Assembly: GCA_002633005.1 (NCBI GenBank)
Contig: NMRA01000513.1
Location: 186,001-250,000, forward strand
Reading direction: 5' to 3'
DNA: 64,000 nucleotides
From: Phoronis australis
Taxonomy: Eukaryota; Animalia; Phoronida
Below the pieces are notes generated by a model that worked only from the letters and a program-made list of their open reading frames with translations, ran no database searches and was not told where the DNA came from. Both the position numbers and the translations under genes were made by a program. The stretch's first letter is position 1. Every line of letters starts with the position of its first letter. Positions 12,101-23,150 of this stretch are shown here, in pieces.

Positions 12101-15100
12101 GCGTCAATGCCTTTCGTCACATGCTGCTACAGCGCAGACTACTGGGTACGCAGCAACTCGCCGACGACGATGTGAAGGTGTTGCGTAGCACCCTGCCGTC
12201 GATCAGAGACAGCGCCACCTACCAGATGCTGAAACAGCGGTTCCACTCTGCCTTTCTGTGGCCAGCAATTCTTAGTAACATGGACATGGGTTGCCTGACC
12301 TCTAAAACCACAACGCGTAACAGGAGGCGACAATACAAGTAAGTCAGCTAGGCCAATTGCTCGTTAAAATGGCTACAAACGCACCTTCCATCACAAAAGA
12401 GTTGGTTATATAATCACTAAGAAATTGGTCTCAAATTCTTCCTTAGTCAAAGCGGGTGTAAATTCTGGTCTCGACTACATTCTCTGTTAGTTGACTTGCC
12501 CGGTCTGGAAGACTAGTGAACTGGCGGTTGTTTGCTTTCAGGTAACATCTGTGTGTCGAAAAACTATTGATCCATTTAAACGAACCTTTACCCTATTCAC
12601 ATCGGCACAATGTTTCCTTCGGTCGAGTTCAATCCCAGCTTGCACTAGGAAAAAGGAAAAAGGTGTTCATTGACCAGGGTGAGTGTGCCATACACCCATG
12701 CTTGGTATTCCCATGCCTGTTCTTCAAAGAGCGCTGTAGCACCTCAACATGGTTGGAAAAATGACTCGCCGAGACACGGTGCCGTTGTAAATAGGCTAGA
12801 GATTGGTGTATATAAACCATTCACTTTCCAATGGAATAAGTTTCTCATGTTTCGTGACAATGTTTATCTGGTAAAAATTTCACTTACCACACACTTTTTG
12901 TAGTTGAAGACTCGGATGTTTCTACCCTCATCTAAGGGTCTTTTTCAACAAGTGGATTACCTGTATTTTTCTGACCCAGGTCTAAAATGGGGCCATGTAC
13001 CCCTGAAAAGCGCGGGAAATTCACTCATTGAAAAATACCCTTAGATGAGGGTGGAAGCCTCCGTGTCACCGACTTCAAACACTTCGTAGTAAGTGAAGTT
13101 TTTACCTGATCATTGAATTAATCAGGGCTTGGAATTTTACGCGGAAATGCGGATTTCCGCTTTTTTGAAATGTACTTTCCGCTTTTTTTATAATATTTCC
13201 GCATAAAAAAATCGGATTTGATATGAAATTTTCGCGGCAAATTCCTTTCTTACCGCGGCATTGCAGACGACGTTCACCTCGAAAAGCGGAGGTCTTTATG
13301 TTTCGGAGGAACTTAAATTGTCAACATTGCCGGGGCATCTGGGTAAAGCGTGGTCTGATTTTCAATGGCGGCTCGTGTTATTGTTAAGCGCGGCGACAAA
13401 TACTACCGCTCTGCAGCCAAATTTGTGTGGGTTGGGGGTGGACGGTGGAGCGAAAAGGACGCAGACGCATGCTACTGATGGTGGTAACTTTTTTTTTTTT
13501 AGTCCTCCCGATTTTTGTCGCGGAAAGGTTCACATTGACCATTTCAAAGGCTGGTTATCGGGCATGATTTGGGCCGTAAAAGTTTCCGCGTTTTTTGTCA
13601 TTGGTCATTCCAAGCCCTGATTAATATTAATGTTGTCATTTTGACAGGGATGTTGGTGCTATTGCTGATAACTGGGTCAGAGAATCTTACCTTCACTCAA
13701 TGAATTCTCCTCTCAGAAGTCACTAACACCTGTCCTATGTGAATGGGTGACTTGTCATATATCTTCTGCAAGATGTGCTCTGCTGACTCCTACATTACAA
13801 ATTTGTCTTACATAAATTGGCTAAAGTTGCTTGGTTGTTTTATGTAGGTATATACCAGTAGCAAAGCGGCAGAAAGTGAGTTGTCAAGCAGTGACCACTG
13901 CTCCACCTAGTGGGAACAATGGTAAAGAAGATGCAGGCAAGTTGAGAAATTGTGAATGCATGCTGCGAGTGCTTTCTTTAGAAACTGTCATGGTGTTTAC
14001 CCATTAGGGCTTCATATTTGTTGGAACATGCTTAGCCTCATTATCGTGCCCAGCCTCATTATCGTGCCCAGCCTCATTATCCTTCTTAGCCTCATTATCG
14101 TGCCCAGCCTCATTATCGTGCTCAGCCTCATTGTGCTCATCCTGATTATCGTGCTCAGCCTGATTATCGTGCTCAGCCTGATTATCGTGCTCAGCCTCAT
14201 CATCGTGCCTAGCCTCATCATCGTGCCCAGCCTCATTATCGTGCCCAGCCTCATTATCGTTCTTAGCCTCATTATCGTGCTCAGCCTCATTATCGTGCTC
14301 ATCCTGATTATCGTGCCTAGCCTCATCATCCTTCTTAGTCTCATCATCTTGCCCAGTCTCATCGTCTTACCCGGCCTCATCGTCGTGCCCGGCCTCATTG
14401 TCGTGCTTAGCCTCATTGTCGTGCCCAGCCTCATTACCGTGCCCATCCTCCCTACCGTGCCCATCCTCGTTACCGTGCTCAGCCTCGTTATCGTGCTCTG
14501 CCTCATTATCATGCCACTGCCTTTTCCTGCGGCTGTACCAACTTGCTATTTCAAGTTTAAGTCTATTAGTCATTTAGAGTGTTGTTGTTCTGTTACGAGT
14601 CTGAGCTGATATCTAACAGCATTATGGATTTATACTAAGTATCATTATTATACTAGTTCTATAATAACTGTTACTGGCACTGTCGCCACTACTGCTACTA
14701 CTGCTATTACAAACTGCATTTGTAACTTGCTAATACTACTATCACTTCTATTGCTAACTGTTACTCCTAACTGTCATTACTATACTTCCACTAACTACAA
14801 CTTACTACTACTAGTGTCGCTACCACTAACTGCTATTGTAATGTATAATTGATACTTCTAACAACACTGATACATGTTGCTTCTACTGTCTGAAGCTGAT
14901 ACTATTACTAACTGCTACTACCATTAACTAACTACTACTATTAACTAACTATTACTATTATCTTGTATGATTAACTGATACTACAGCTACTGTTACTGAT
15001 ATTGTGTTTGTTAATTACTAATAAGTAATACTAATAACTGCTACTAATAACGGTTACTAACTACTGCTACTGACTATGACTACCATTACAGTAAACTTTT

Positions 15101-16696
15101 ACTAGTAGAATTTAGTACAGTAGTGCTGATTTGTACAGCTGAGTCAATTAGAGCATTGTAGGCTAAGTTTTTGCTCAAGCACACAGCTACACAAACCCAG
15201 TAGTGCACAGTTTAACAGGTTCCCATTAGTTAAGCTTCTAATTTGCTTATCAGTCACGTTTATTACTACATCAAAGACAACAGTTAGTTAGTGTTACATG
15301 ACCCCTGATACTTCCATTTTCTGTTTTTCGCTGAAACGCGGTACGACTTCCAATAGAGCGTAGTATTGGCAATAGTCTGATATAATGTGTGCCCGTATAT
15401 TGAGAACCAGTTGATGCCAGATATTTAATGGAGAAAACTGGTTCTCAAAATTTGGGCATGTTATATCAGACCATTCCATAGTATTCACCAACTTTAAGAG
15501 TGGAGTATCACTTTTCACTCATGCTGCCACATATCAAATGTCCCTGTTCACGATCTTACCAATCAGATGCCTTAGAAATCATAAACCCCGATCACGAAAA
15601 GAACCAGATGAGGTCAGTGTATGAAATAAAGCAGGTAAGAAAAAGTTGGTCTAACATGACATGAAAAAATCAGAGTAAAGACATAATTATCAATGATAGT
15701 ATTTTTTTAGTAAAAGACCGATACCTTGGGTGTATCGCATCATGTAGACCTCAGAGATCAATGATGCCTCTGGCATTTTGCAGTATGACCTCTCTCCTAT
15801 CAAGATCAGTTCGTGTTTGTGTATTGTTAAAATATTAAGCATTTTTATTTTTCATTCCAGGTGATGCTGACATGTCAGGTGTTCCTAACTCATCTATGGG
15901 GAAGACGAGGACACGTCAGGTGAAGCGCGTGCAGACCTACAGTGAAGAAGTGGACGCGCGAATGGAGAAGGACGAGAAGAGGAGACAGGAGCAGAGGGTT
16001 GTTAAGGCCAACAACGAAGTGTTCCCTTTTAAAATGGGTAAAAGGGGTAGGAAAAGGTTGAACAGTATACAGGCGGGGAAGGATGCGAAACGTCGTCGGC
16101 AAAGAAAAATGAGCAGAGGGCATACAATGAAGGCACCTCCGTTGTCTTCCTGTAGTGATCAGATGGAGAGCGCGTTTAAGCCGGACTCCAGTACACCCGG
16201 AACATGTTTGGAGAATGGTGATGTACTAGAAAAGAAGAAAAGTGAAGATTCAAACATTCGAGCAATACTGAATAGTACGCTGGTTAGTGCTTCCACCAGT
16301 GCTAAAGGGAATCTGAATGCTGCGGTTGGACTAGCTTTATCTTCAACCAAGAGCAAGCAGATTGCTGTTACCAGAAAAGTTGAAAATTCCGTTCAGCCGA
16401 CTGCACAACCCAACATGAAGCACAAAGCGATTGTGTTGAAGTTACCGGCATCGTCGCAACCATTCCAGATGTCATCGGATGTTCTGAATCAGTTGATCGC
16501 CTCTGCAGGCCTGGGTTTGGGTTCGGGTCCACTCTTGCCCAGTGGGGTCAGCTTTCAGCTGCCAGCCTGTGACTCTGGGTCAGAGAAGAAGGAGGATAAT
16601 GGTGAAAAGGCAGACGATGCAGCACAACAGGAGAGAGAGTGTTCTTCGGAAGGGACTACGGTTTCTAAAAATGATCTTCTTTCTGATAAGAGTTAA
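1..16696 (+). CDS. SNAPC4: snRNA-activating protein complex subunit 4 (SNAP190)-like Myb-repeat gene, 5'-truncated. Exons: 1-119, 905-1008, 3457-3643, 4686-4798, 6929-7052, 8315-8490, 10030-10261, 11259-11314, 11680-12338, 13848-13921, 15861-16696 (about 892 aa in window)
   Basis: All introns are GT-AG and the phases chain without a frameshift. The spliced Myb repeats EWTTEEDQLL..INWAQVNYYLEGHDGNDCRRRY..KRGRFSLEEDEKIVAAVKKFGQLWQLVATEVPGRSGDQCRERW resemble SNAP190 as I recall it (IVYYMEGRD..VPGRSDAQCRDRY). The motif LPPSLTSVNAFRHMLL..YQMLKQRFHSAFLWPAILS resembles the conserved SNAP190 C-terminal block (YLLLRARFLAAFTLPALL). Confidence 0.85.
905..1008 (+). CDS. SNAPC4: SNAPC4-like exon (Myb repeat)
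   Basis: tttag acceptor, GAG|GTAGGG donor; VNYYLEGHDGNDCRRRYFKIKPDLKRGRFSLEEDE. Confidence 0.85.
1099..1914. mobile_element. MITE (PIF/Harbinger Tourist-like) in SNAPC4 intron
   Basis: Imperfect TIRs of about 35 bp, GGGCTGTTCCAGTAAAATCCGTGTGGGAGGGGGG / CCCCCCTCCCATACAGATTTTGCTGGAACAGCCT; flanks TAA / TGA. Confidence 0.7.
3457..3643 (+). CDS. SNAPC4: SNAPC4-like exon (Myb repeat)
   Basis: tttcag acceptor, C|GTAAGG donor; KIVAAVKKFGQLWQLVATEVPGRSGDQCRERW. Confidence 0.88.
4686..4798 (+). CDS. SNAPC4: SNAPC4-like exon (end of last Myb repeat)
   Basis: ttgcag acceptor, ATG|GTAGGG donor; KWSTTAKMIKRTDAQVMRRF; phase 1 to 0 fits neighbours. Confidence 0.8.
6929..7052 (+). CDS. SNAPC4: SNAPC4-like exon
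   Basis: ttgcag acceptor, G|GTAAGG donor; open frame EEESPYSSVEAFLNSTIAHLDQSKVAKKREDE; phases fit. Confidence 0.7.
7071..7135. repeat. 11-bp tandem repeat (CTCAGTGTGTT) x about 6
   Basis: Directly visible. Confidence 0.9.
8315..8490 (+). CDS. SNAPC4: SNAPC4-like exon
   Basis: tttcag acceptor, CTG|GTGCGT donor; open frame VIIPRPPSYTHKRHYRSVNDHRELVKDIIRAK; phases fit. Confidence 0.7.
8538..9214. mobile_element. MITE with TA target duplication (Tc1/mariner-like)
   Basis: TA|CCGCGTTCACACG ... CGTGTGAACACGG|TA. Confidence 0.65.
10030..10261 (+). CDS. SNAPC4: SNAPC4-like exon
   Basis: tttttgcag acceptor, G|GTAAAG donor; in frame with ORF 10024-10281. Confidence 0.72.
10506..11150 (+). mobile_element. 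Truncated Penelope-like retroelement with inverted pLTR fragment
   Basis: About 10742-10860 translates as VKFLDQDNTCIRLSIGEAFHLKHYDAKRSFNQN, the PLE GIY-YIG C-terminal pattern IL..E...RL..EA.I...LN. It is followed by a hammerhead-like core. 10506-10538 is an inverted copy of the 10984-11005 and 11126-11150 segments. Confidence 0.6.
10958..10997 (+). ncRNA. Minimal type-I hammerhead ribozyme motif (Penelope-associated, probably decayed)
   Basis: aatc-CTGATGA-tgaatagtatttta-GAAA-CG-TC-aatatg; the inverted copy at 10521-10538 reads GAAACGTC-gatatg, which restores stem I (atc/gat). Confidence 0.55.
11259..11314 (+). CDS. SNAPC4: SNAPC4-like small exon
   Basis: ctttgcag acceptor, AAG|GTAAAG donor; 56 nt that convert phase 1 to phase 0 exactly as the next exon requires. 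Confidence 0.65.
11680..12338 (+). CDS. SNAPC4: SNAPC4-like exon with conserved C-terminal motif
   Basis: tcttctag acceptor, AA|GTAAGT donor; contains LPPSLTSVNAF..YQMLKQRFHSAFLWPAILS. Confidence 0.82.
12866..13110. mobile_element. Palindromic (fold-back) MITE of about 245 bp
   Basis: Arms GGTAAAAATTTCACTTAC..CCCTCATCTAAGGGT..TTTTTCAA and TTGAAAAATACCCTTAGATGAGGG..GTAAGTGAAGTTTTTACC are reverse complements. Confidence 0.7.
13123..13619. mobile_element. MITE with CAGGG termini
   Basis: Perfect 13-bp TIR CAGGGCTTGGAAT / ATTCCAAGCCCTG, with ATTAAT on both flanks. Confidence 0.75.
13848..13921 (+). CDS. SNAPC4: SNAPC4-like small exon
   Basis: tgtag acceptor, G|GTAAAG donor; bridges phase 2 to phase 1 (YIPVAKRQKVSCQAVTTAPPSGNN). 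Confidence 0.6.
14031..14512. repeat. 18-bp minisatellite (consensus about CYYAGCCTCATTATCGTG), about 26 units, intronic
   Basis: Directly visible; explains the repetitive ORFs 13956-14609(+), 14012-14512(-) and 14367-14573(-). Confidence 0.95.
14665..15110. repeat. Degenerate (ACT/TAC)n-rich low-complexity tract
   Basis: Runs of actact/actgct/attact. Confidence 0.8.
15861..16696 (+). CDS. SNAPC4: SNAPC4-like terminal coding exon (low complexity, basic NLS-like stretches)
   Basis: tttcattccag acceptor, in frame with ORF 15872-16696; TAA stop. Confidence 0.72.
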
Positions 16697-17912
16697 GGGC
16701 ATTCCTACGTAAGCAATGGTTCTTCTGAAATTAAGGAGTGCCAAGTATATGTCTGACCGGATCTGCGGTTCCTGTGTGAGATAGCTTCCTTTTTGATTTT
16801 TCTTCGAACCACCTGCTTGCATGGTTCTCATGAGAAAAGGTGTTTACTGTTTGTCACAATGATAGATTTTCTGCGGAGATTGTTACATTGTACATGTCCA
16901 ACCTGTCTGTGGATTCACTATCAGCAACTGCTTGATTTCATTCTGAGGCCGTGGTACTGCAATTCTCCCGTTACGATTTTCATTTTTCGAAGGCTGGTTA
17001 GGTTATTGCAAGCAATGATAAATTTACCAAAATTTATTTCCTGCCTTCGAAACGGTACAAACCACGCTAAGACCTAAAGTTGTGTAGGTGAGTTCTGAGC
17101 CCAGATGTTTCGGTGCTCATTTGGACAGTTTTGAACTCCAAGTTTCATGACCGTTGTGCCCCGAGGAACTGCAGATTTTGGTTGAGTTATCATATAGGAG
17201 TCTTTACTTTGACTGACTCAGTGTTTTGTGTTTGAAATCAGTGCTGTACCCTTTTGCCTAATCTTGGATGTTAACCCAAATGGTTCATTAAGTGATTGGT
17301 TGAACTATGTCTTAGATCTTTTGGTGAATCGTTTGCGCCAGATACCTGGCTCATTCATTGTTGTTGCAAACATTATCTCAAACCAGTAGTCTGTGCTCGG
17401 TGGTTTTCAGGTGGTGTTGAATTCATCGTGCCCCATTTTGCGTCTGGTTAGCGGGACGGTGCATTATTTTGTTGACTTCATAGACTCTGACTTTGTTGTT
17501 TTTTTTTTCACGTGAGCTCTTCCTTTTCTTATAATGAAAAGTATCTTAGAAATGACTGGTTTGTGTTTTACTTCTGCTTGTTTGTGTATCACGGCGTTGG
17601 TAACCATGGACTGATGTCAATCCTGGAGATATCTAAGCCTTGACCAACACTTACATTGTATTATTGACCTTATCTGATTTGGTGCACCAAAGATTGTGTA
17701 AACGTTACGGCGTTTTCCCGTTGCTCCCAACTTGTTCGATTCTATAACCCAACAGCAAATTGGGAAGTTTACCCCCCGTAGCCAATATCTTAAAGGACTG
17801 ATTAACTCCAGGGCTCTTTTGTTTGATAATTGCGCTAATCTCCGATCAGATCGTATCCAGCCTGACTGGGCTGTGCTGCTAAAAACGGAAGTTAAGTTAT
17901 AACATATTTGAA

Positions 17913-18906
17913 CGTAAACCAACAGCATTTATAAATTCCTTGTCAAATGCAGCTCATGTTTAGTTTTTGAATCACCAAAATCGTCCAACTACAATAGAAG
18001 TTAAGACCATCCATTCTGCCAGGTTTCAATAACTCTTTGAAGCCTGTGACAGTAAGTGGTCTGCTTGTTATCATACAGGACAATCGACTGTGCTGGGTAG
18101 TTAACAAAAGAGGCAGATGTTATCGCACGTTCAGCACCCGTCACGTCAGGAAAAGTTGCTGAACGACATAACGATGTCGTGTCACTGTAGCCGCTTCAAA
18201 TGTTCAGCATAGAAATGTAGCCTGTCTCTGTTTGCTAAATTGGTTTTGACACATTTTTATGACTTGTTCAAAGGATCCTGTGCCCAGTGTTGTTGTGTTC
18301 GAATGAGAGAACAGTTGCCGTTTGTGGGCATCCTGGATGGCCTTGCAACCAATCAATGGCAAAGCGGGGGTTCTTGGCTACTCCGGGGGTTGCATCTGGA
18401 AAATTAGTAAACCCGGCACCCGCCTTGTTCAAGAGGACTCCAAAAAGTAAGCTTTTGTATGATTTCCAAAAGTACAATCGAACTTTCAGGTGACACCTCT
18501 GATGTTCGGCGACACGACCTCGCCTAGGATGGTGCTGTGCTCTTTTCTCACTTAAGTTGGCTTGGCAATGGTGTTGCTGGTGGTGTACGTCTATTAACTT
18601 TATCGAAAGACCAATCTGGGTAACCACAGTTATAGCTTCTTTGGTCTTGTCATTCTCTACCAATTTGTAGCATCTTCCAAACTTTTCCGAATAACTGACA
18701 TGGCCTATCAAACAGGGATCTGTAATCACCCCCGAATTCGTGGATGAATCGAAAGCTGCATGTTCCGAGTAGAAATTCAGCATGGGTTTCTTAGGGAACA
18801 CCAGAACCATGCCATGACCAGACTTTTTGTACAAACGAAGTACACTGGGTCATGAATGGGAAGGTGTTGTCCCTCTTTTGCCTTGTTCGTGGCCGGATTT
18901 TATGCT
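17913..18906 (-). mobile_element. Decayed Penelope-like RT-thumb / GIY-YIG region, copy 1
   Basis: Frameshifted minus-strand motifs occur in PLE order: DNTFPF, KETHAEFLL (cf. RKPTHTDQYL), GVI..RSLFDR, CGYPDWSFDKV, RVY*FSRC. Confidence 0.6.
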
Positions 18907-19201
18907 CAAGGGGCGGATTCAGGATTTTCAGTTAGGAGGCATAGGCGGATTTAGGGGGGAGGCCCGCCCCCCCCCCCCTTGGCTGCCGCAAAAAAAAATA
19001 AAACAGTAAGAGCGTAGGGAAATGGTGAGTTTGTTAATTAACCCCGGTAATTAAAATTATACGAATGAAAAAAGATTTAAATGTGTGCAGTTTTAGTGTT
19101 GGGGGGGGGGCTCAAATCCAATTTCAAGTGTCAAATCCGGAACACGGCGCGTTCGTAACGGAACTATGGCTAAGTATAGAATCTCCCGCGATATCCTAGG
19201 N

Positions 19202-20189
19202 CGTATACCAATATCATTTCTGAATTCCTTGTCAAATGCAGACCATGTTTAGTTTTTGAATTGCCAAAATCGTCCAACTACAACAGAGGTTTAGACCATC
19301 CATTCTGCCAGGTTTCATTAACTCTTTGAAGCCTGTGACATAGTAATTGGCCTGCTTGTTATCATACGGGACAAACGACTGTGCTGGGTAGTTAACAAAG
19401 GAGCCAGATGTTATCGCACGTTCAGCACCCCTCACGTCAGTTGCTGAACGACAGAACGATGTCGTGTCACTGCATGTAGCCGCTTCAAATGCTCGGCATA
19501 GAAAAATAGCCTGTCTCTGTTTGCTAAATTGGTTTTAGTGACACATTTTTATGACTTGTTCAAAGGATCCTGTGCCCAGTGTTGTTGTGTTCCGTCGAAT
19601 GCCGAGAGAACAGTTGCCGTTTTGGGGCATCCTGGATGGCCTTGCAACCAATCAATGGCAAAGCGGGGGTTCTTGGCTACTCCGGAGGTTGCATCTGGAA
19701 AATTAGTACACCCGGCACCCGCCTTGTTCAAGAGGACTCCAAAAAGTAACCTTTTGTATGATTTCCAGAAGTACAATCGAACTTTCATGTGACACCTATG
19801 ATGTTCGGCGACACGACCTCGCCTCGGCTGGTGCTGTGCCCTTTCCTCACTTTGGCTCACTGGTGGTATACATCTGCTAACTTTCTTGAAAGACGAATCT
19901 GGGTAACCACATTTATAGCTTCTTTGGTCTTGTCGTTCTCTACCAATCTGTAGCATCTTCCAAACTTTTCCGAATACCTGACATGGCTTACCAAACAGGG
20001 ATCTGTAATCACCCCTGAATTCGTGGATGAATCGATAGCTGTTCCGAGTAGAAATTCAGCATGGGTTTCTTAGGGAACACCGGAACCATGCCATGACCAG
20101 ACTTTTTGAACCAACGACGTACACTGAGTCAAGAATGAATGGGATGGTGTTGTCCCTCTTTTGTCTCTTTCGTGGCCGGATTTTATGCT
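19202..20189 (-). mobile_element. Decayed Penelope-like region, copy 2 (roughly 90% identical to copy 1; begins at the N gap)
   Basis: DNTIPF(I)LD and CGYPDSSFKKV motifs; collinear with 17913-18906. Confidence 0.6.
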
Positions 20190-20348
20190 CAAGGGGCGGA
20201 TTCAGGATTTTCAGTTAGGAGGGCATGGCGGAGTTTTAGCCAGGATTTTTCCCATCAGACAGTCGCACCCCCGAGCTGCCAAATGGAATCTGGGAGAATT
20301 TTAGGGGAGCATGGCCCCTTGCTCCCCCCTCCCAAAAAACCACCACTG
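20190..20348 (-). mobile_element. About 160-bp MITE family with CARTGGCGGAT..ATCCGCCCCTG-type ends
   Basis: Reverse-complement homology to 40529-40685 and 52762-52911; a partial copy starts at 18907. Confidence 0.65.
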
Positions 20349-22429
20349 TACTCCCATAGGAGGTCACATTGTTCAGATCGCCAGTCAACTCAGTGTGGAG
20401 TGGTGTTTATCTTAACAATTTCCAGAATGTTATCCGGACATAACATCTCTAAAGGTGGGAAGTGAATTGATATTAACAGATGCAGCGGCAATGGCTTTAA
20501 CGGCAAGTGTTTCACAAAAAATAGGATTAGAGTGAAAAAGGGCTACCCAGCTATTCCAAATATCTGCTAGAAACAATTTCATTGAAAGAGAAATACGCCG
20601 AGACAAGATAAACTCCAATAACTCAACAACATCTTTGAGAGTCAGTTAAGTCTTGTTGAATTAAGCAAATCCAAGTCATTATTTATAGTCTTGTTTTAAG
20701 ACATTTAGAATCCGGGGTAGGGAGAACCTGGGCCGGGAGACAACACTATTGAAGATGGCGTGGACTGGGACACAGACTTGGCTGTAAAAAGTAGACATAG
20801 TCTGTTACGTCGCCGGCGTCAGTATTTAGCGATTGTTGCCGGGACATTTACATGTATATGTAAATGAACTGTTGTGTTGGCCGGGTACATTCAAATTTTC
20901 GGACCAGGGTGCGGCAGTCGAGAGCTAGCCGTGATAAAGGTGTAGACGTGTCTACATGTAATTTGTTTGGACTCAGAGGGACGTTTGCGCCGACAGTGAA
21001 AACTTGTAACATTCAGCGGACAAAGTGGGGACCGCAAGATGATGGTGTTCAAAGTAGAATGCTGAAAGGAAGGTACTGACCACAATAGCACTGTGCACGA
21101 AGTGTTTGAAATGATAAGTAGTGAACTCTGACTCAGTAATACTACTTTGGGTGCCACATGGGGGTAGTCGACCCAGTTACGATACTTAGTTTTTGTGTGT
21201 AAACGTCTTTTAATGTCCGAAGTTTCAATATTAAATTTGTTGTTTCTTTTAAACTTGTTTTTCTAATGAATCGTCTAATTAAGGTCACGTCGTGACATTG
21301 CATAGCATTATCAATGCCTGTGACAACAGAAAAATACGGTAACGTTATGAATAGAAACTGGGAGTAATTGGTCCTAGATAGAAACGAGCGCCGCTATGTT
21401 CACTTCGTCCTACCTTCCACCCAATGTACATTTGTACAGTAGAGAATCAATGGGGAATCGATTCAACCTAGGCTACTCAAGTCCACGGCCGGCGCACCAC
21501 CTGCCGGTCAGTTGGTGACCAAGTCGTGACTGAAACTGTGAAGGTATTATAGTTTGAATTGTCTGTAATACGGAACTTCTTTAGTAGTCGCCAACTGAAT
21601 ACACTGAATATGGCAAAGGATCCAATGTTAGAGTTAGTAAAAATTGTTTGTCCTTCAACAAAACTTGGTAGGCCTATGGACGGTGTTTGGCATTAAGTAC
21701 AAAGCGCGAGCACTCGGTATTTAGAAATTTTTCAGTTCTGTTCTTTGGTAAAAGGCAAACACTGTTTGTCTTACAAAAACGAACGACAGCAAATGAGAGC
21801 CTCTTACCGAAAACACCAACGTTTCAATCATTTCGGAGGAGTTTTTGGGTCATTGTAAAAATAATGTTATTGCTTGTTTTAAGGGCATACCATGGCAGCC
21901 GATTATTATGTTTTCGATGTCGTTCGTCTTTTAAATCCGTGCCATTGCTTTCAATTCTATTTCAATTTGCATTGGCATGAATTTTTCAGCATTTTATTTT
22001 TGTTTGATTTTACTTCATTTCTGTTTCTGTTGACAAAGGACGTTATTGTATCGAAAATTTCAGTTGATCCATTCTTGTTGTTTTATTTACCTATTTATAT
22101 TCAGCATATTGAAAATGCAAAATTTCAGAAATTTCATGACGCAATCCATTATTCTTAACGTCACCGTTTGTACTAAAAGACTCCTTTCGTCATTGTTGCT
22201 GAGTAACGCATTACGTCATCGCTTTGTTATGTCAATTTGTTTTGGCAACTCTCCTCACAACATCTTCGACCGTCAAGCAGTCAAGACGTGTCTGGTGATC
22301 GCTCTGGCCATGTAGATCGCGATGCGCATGCTCAGCTGACGTGGTCGTTACCGGGACAACGCCTTCCATGATGCGCAGGTTAGCAACTGATTACTTTATT
22401 GGACAATATTCCTTCAAATACTAGTAACT

Positions 22430-23150
22430 CAAAGACTGGTCTACATGCAGGCCATAGTGAACGAGGTTGTCCATCCTTTTTGTAGACGCGTCAGGAAATT
22501 ACCAGTTAGACATGGTTCCATTATTTTTTGTAGGTCTCTGGACGAAGCTTCCCGGAGTGAGCAGATTAAACGAAGGAGAAGCTATCCAGCTTTCCTACCC
22601 TGATAATTTTGACTCGCTCGAAAGACGCAATCGTGGCAGAATATAGACCACTTGAGTGAGAAAGTGTGTTTGACGTGTGCTTGCACCAACTACATCTACT
22701 CCCTCTCGTGGCCTCTATAGATTCTCCAGGAAGGAGAGAAACGGAAATCCCAGTACAAACGCACCCGAGATATCATCAGTTGTACTGCGATCGGCATATC
22801 CAGTGGTAGAGTGCACCGTGTGATCTGACGCTGTTACGACAAAGTTATTTCACTTTCTGAATCATCTATTTCAAGTGAACAAAATTTGTATCTTTACGAT
22901 TTCCCATCGACATGCAATGGAGCTTGTTGTTGTCCATGTCCGTTGACATCTATGAAAACTGACCATAAAGTAGTCTTCGAAGAGAGGTCGCGTCGTTCTC
23001 GGAATAAGACGAGATTCATATTGCACGTCGGGCATAGGAAATTCATGGCTGTCGAGTGTCATATAGTGAGGCATCCCAGTCTGGTTATTGCCCGCGACGA
23101 AAAGTGATAAAATACTGTGCCCTTGTCGAAGTAGAGTGGCCATTTCATTC
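22430..23150 (-). mobile_element. Highly decayed DIRS-like (tyrosine-recombinase) retrotransposon fragment
   Basis: Frameshifted motifs in DIRS order: RNase H-like DKGTVFYHFSSRAITRLGCL..FLC..LIPR..DLSS; then IDV..NNKL; then YR N-terminal-like STRQT..LKWSIFCHDC..GKLRPET. Pattern recognition only. Confidence 0.45.

Noticed and set aside
13956-14609. 217-aa hydrophobic (SLIIVP)n ORF and antisense (TIMRLS)n ORF
   Set aside because: By-products of an 18-bp minisatellite inside a SNAPC4 intron; the flanking exons join in frame without it
18268-18834. 188-aa ORF as a novel host gene
   Set aside because: The frame is not conserved in the second copy, and PLE motifs are spread over several frames, indicating a decayed retroelement
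20803-21011. Solo LTR (TGTTAC...GTAACA)
   Set aside because: No matching target-site duplication (agtc / ttca) and no convincing PBS or PPT
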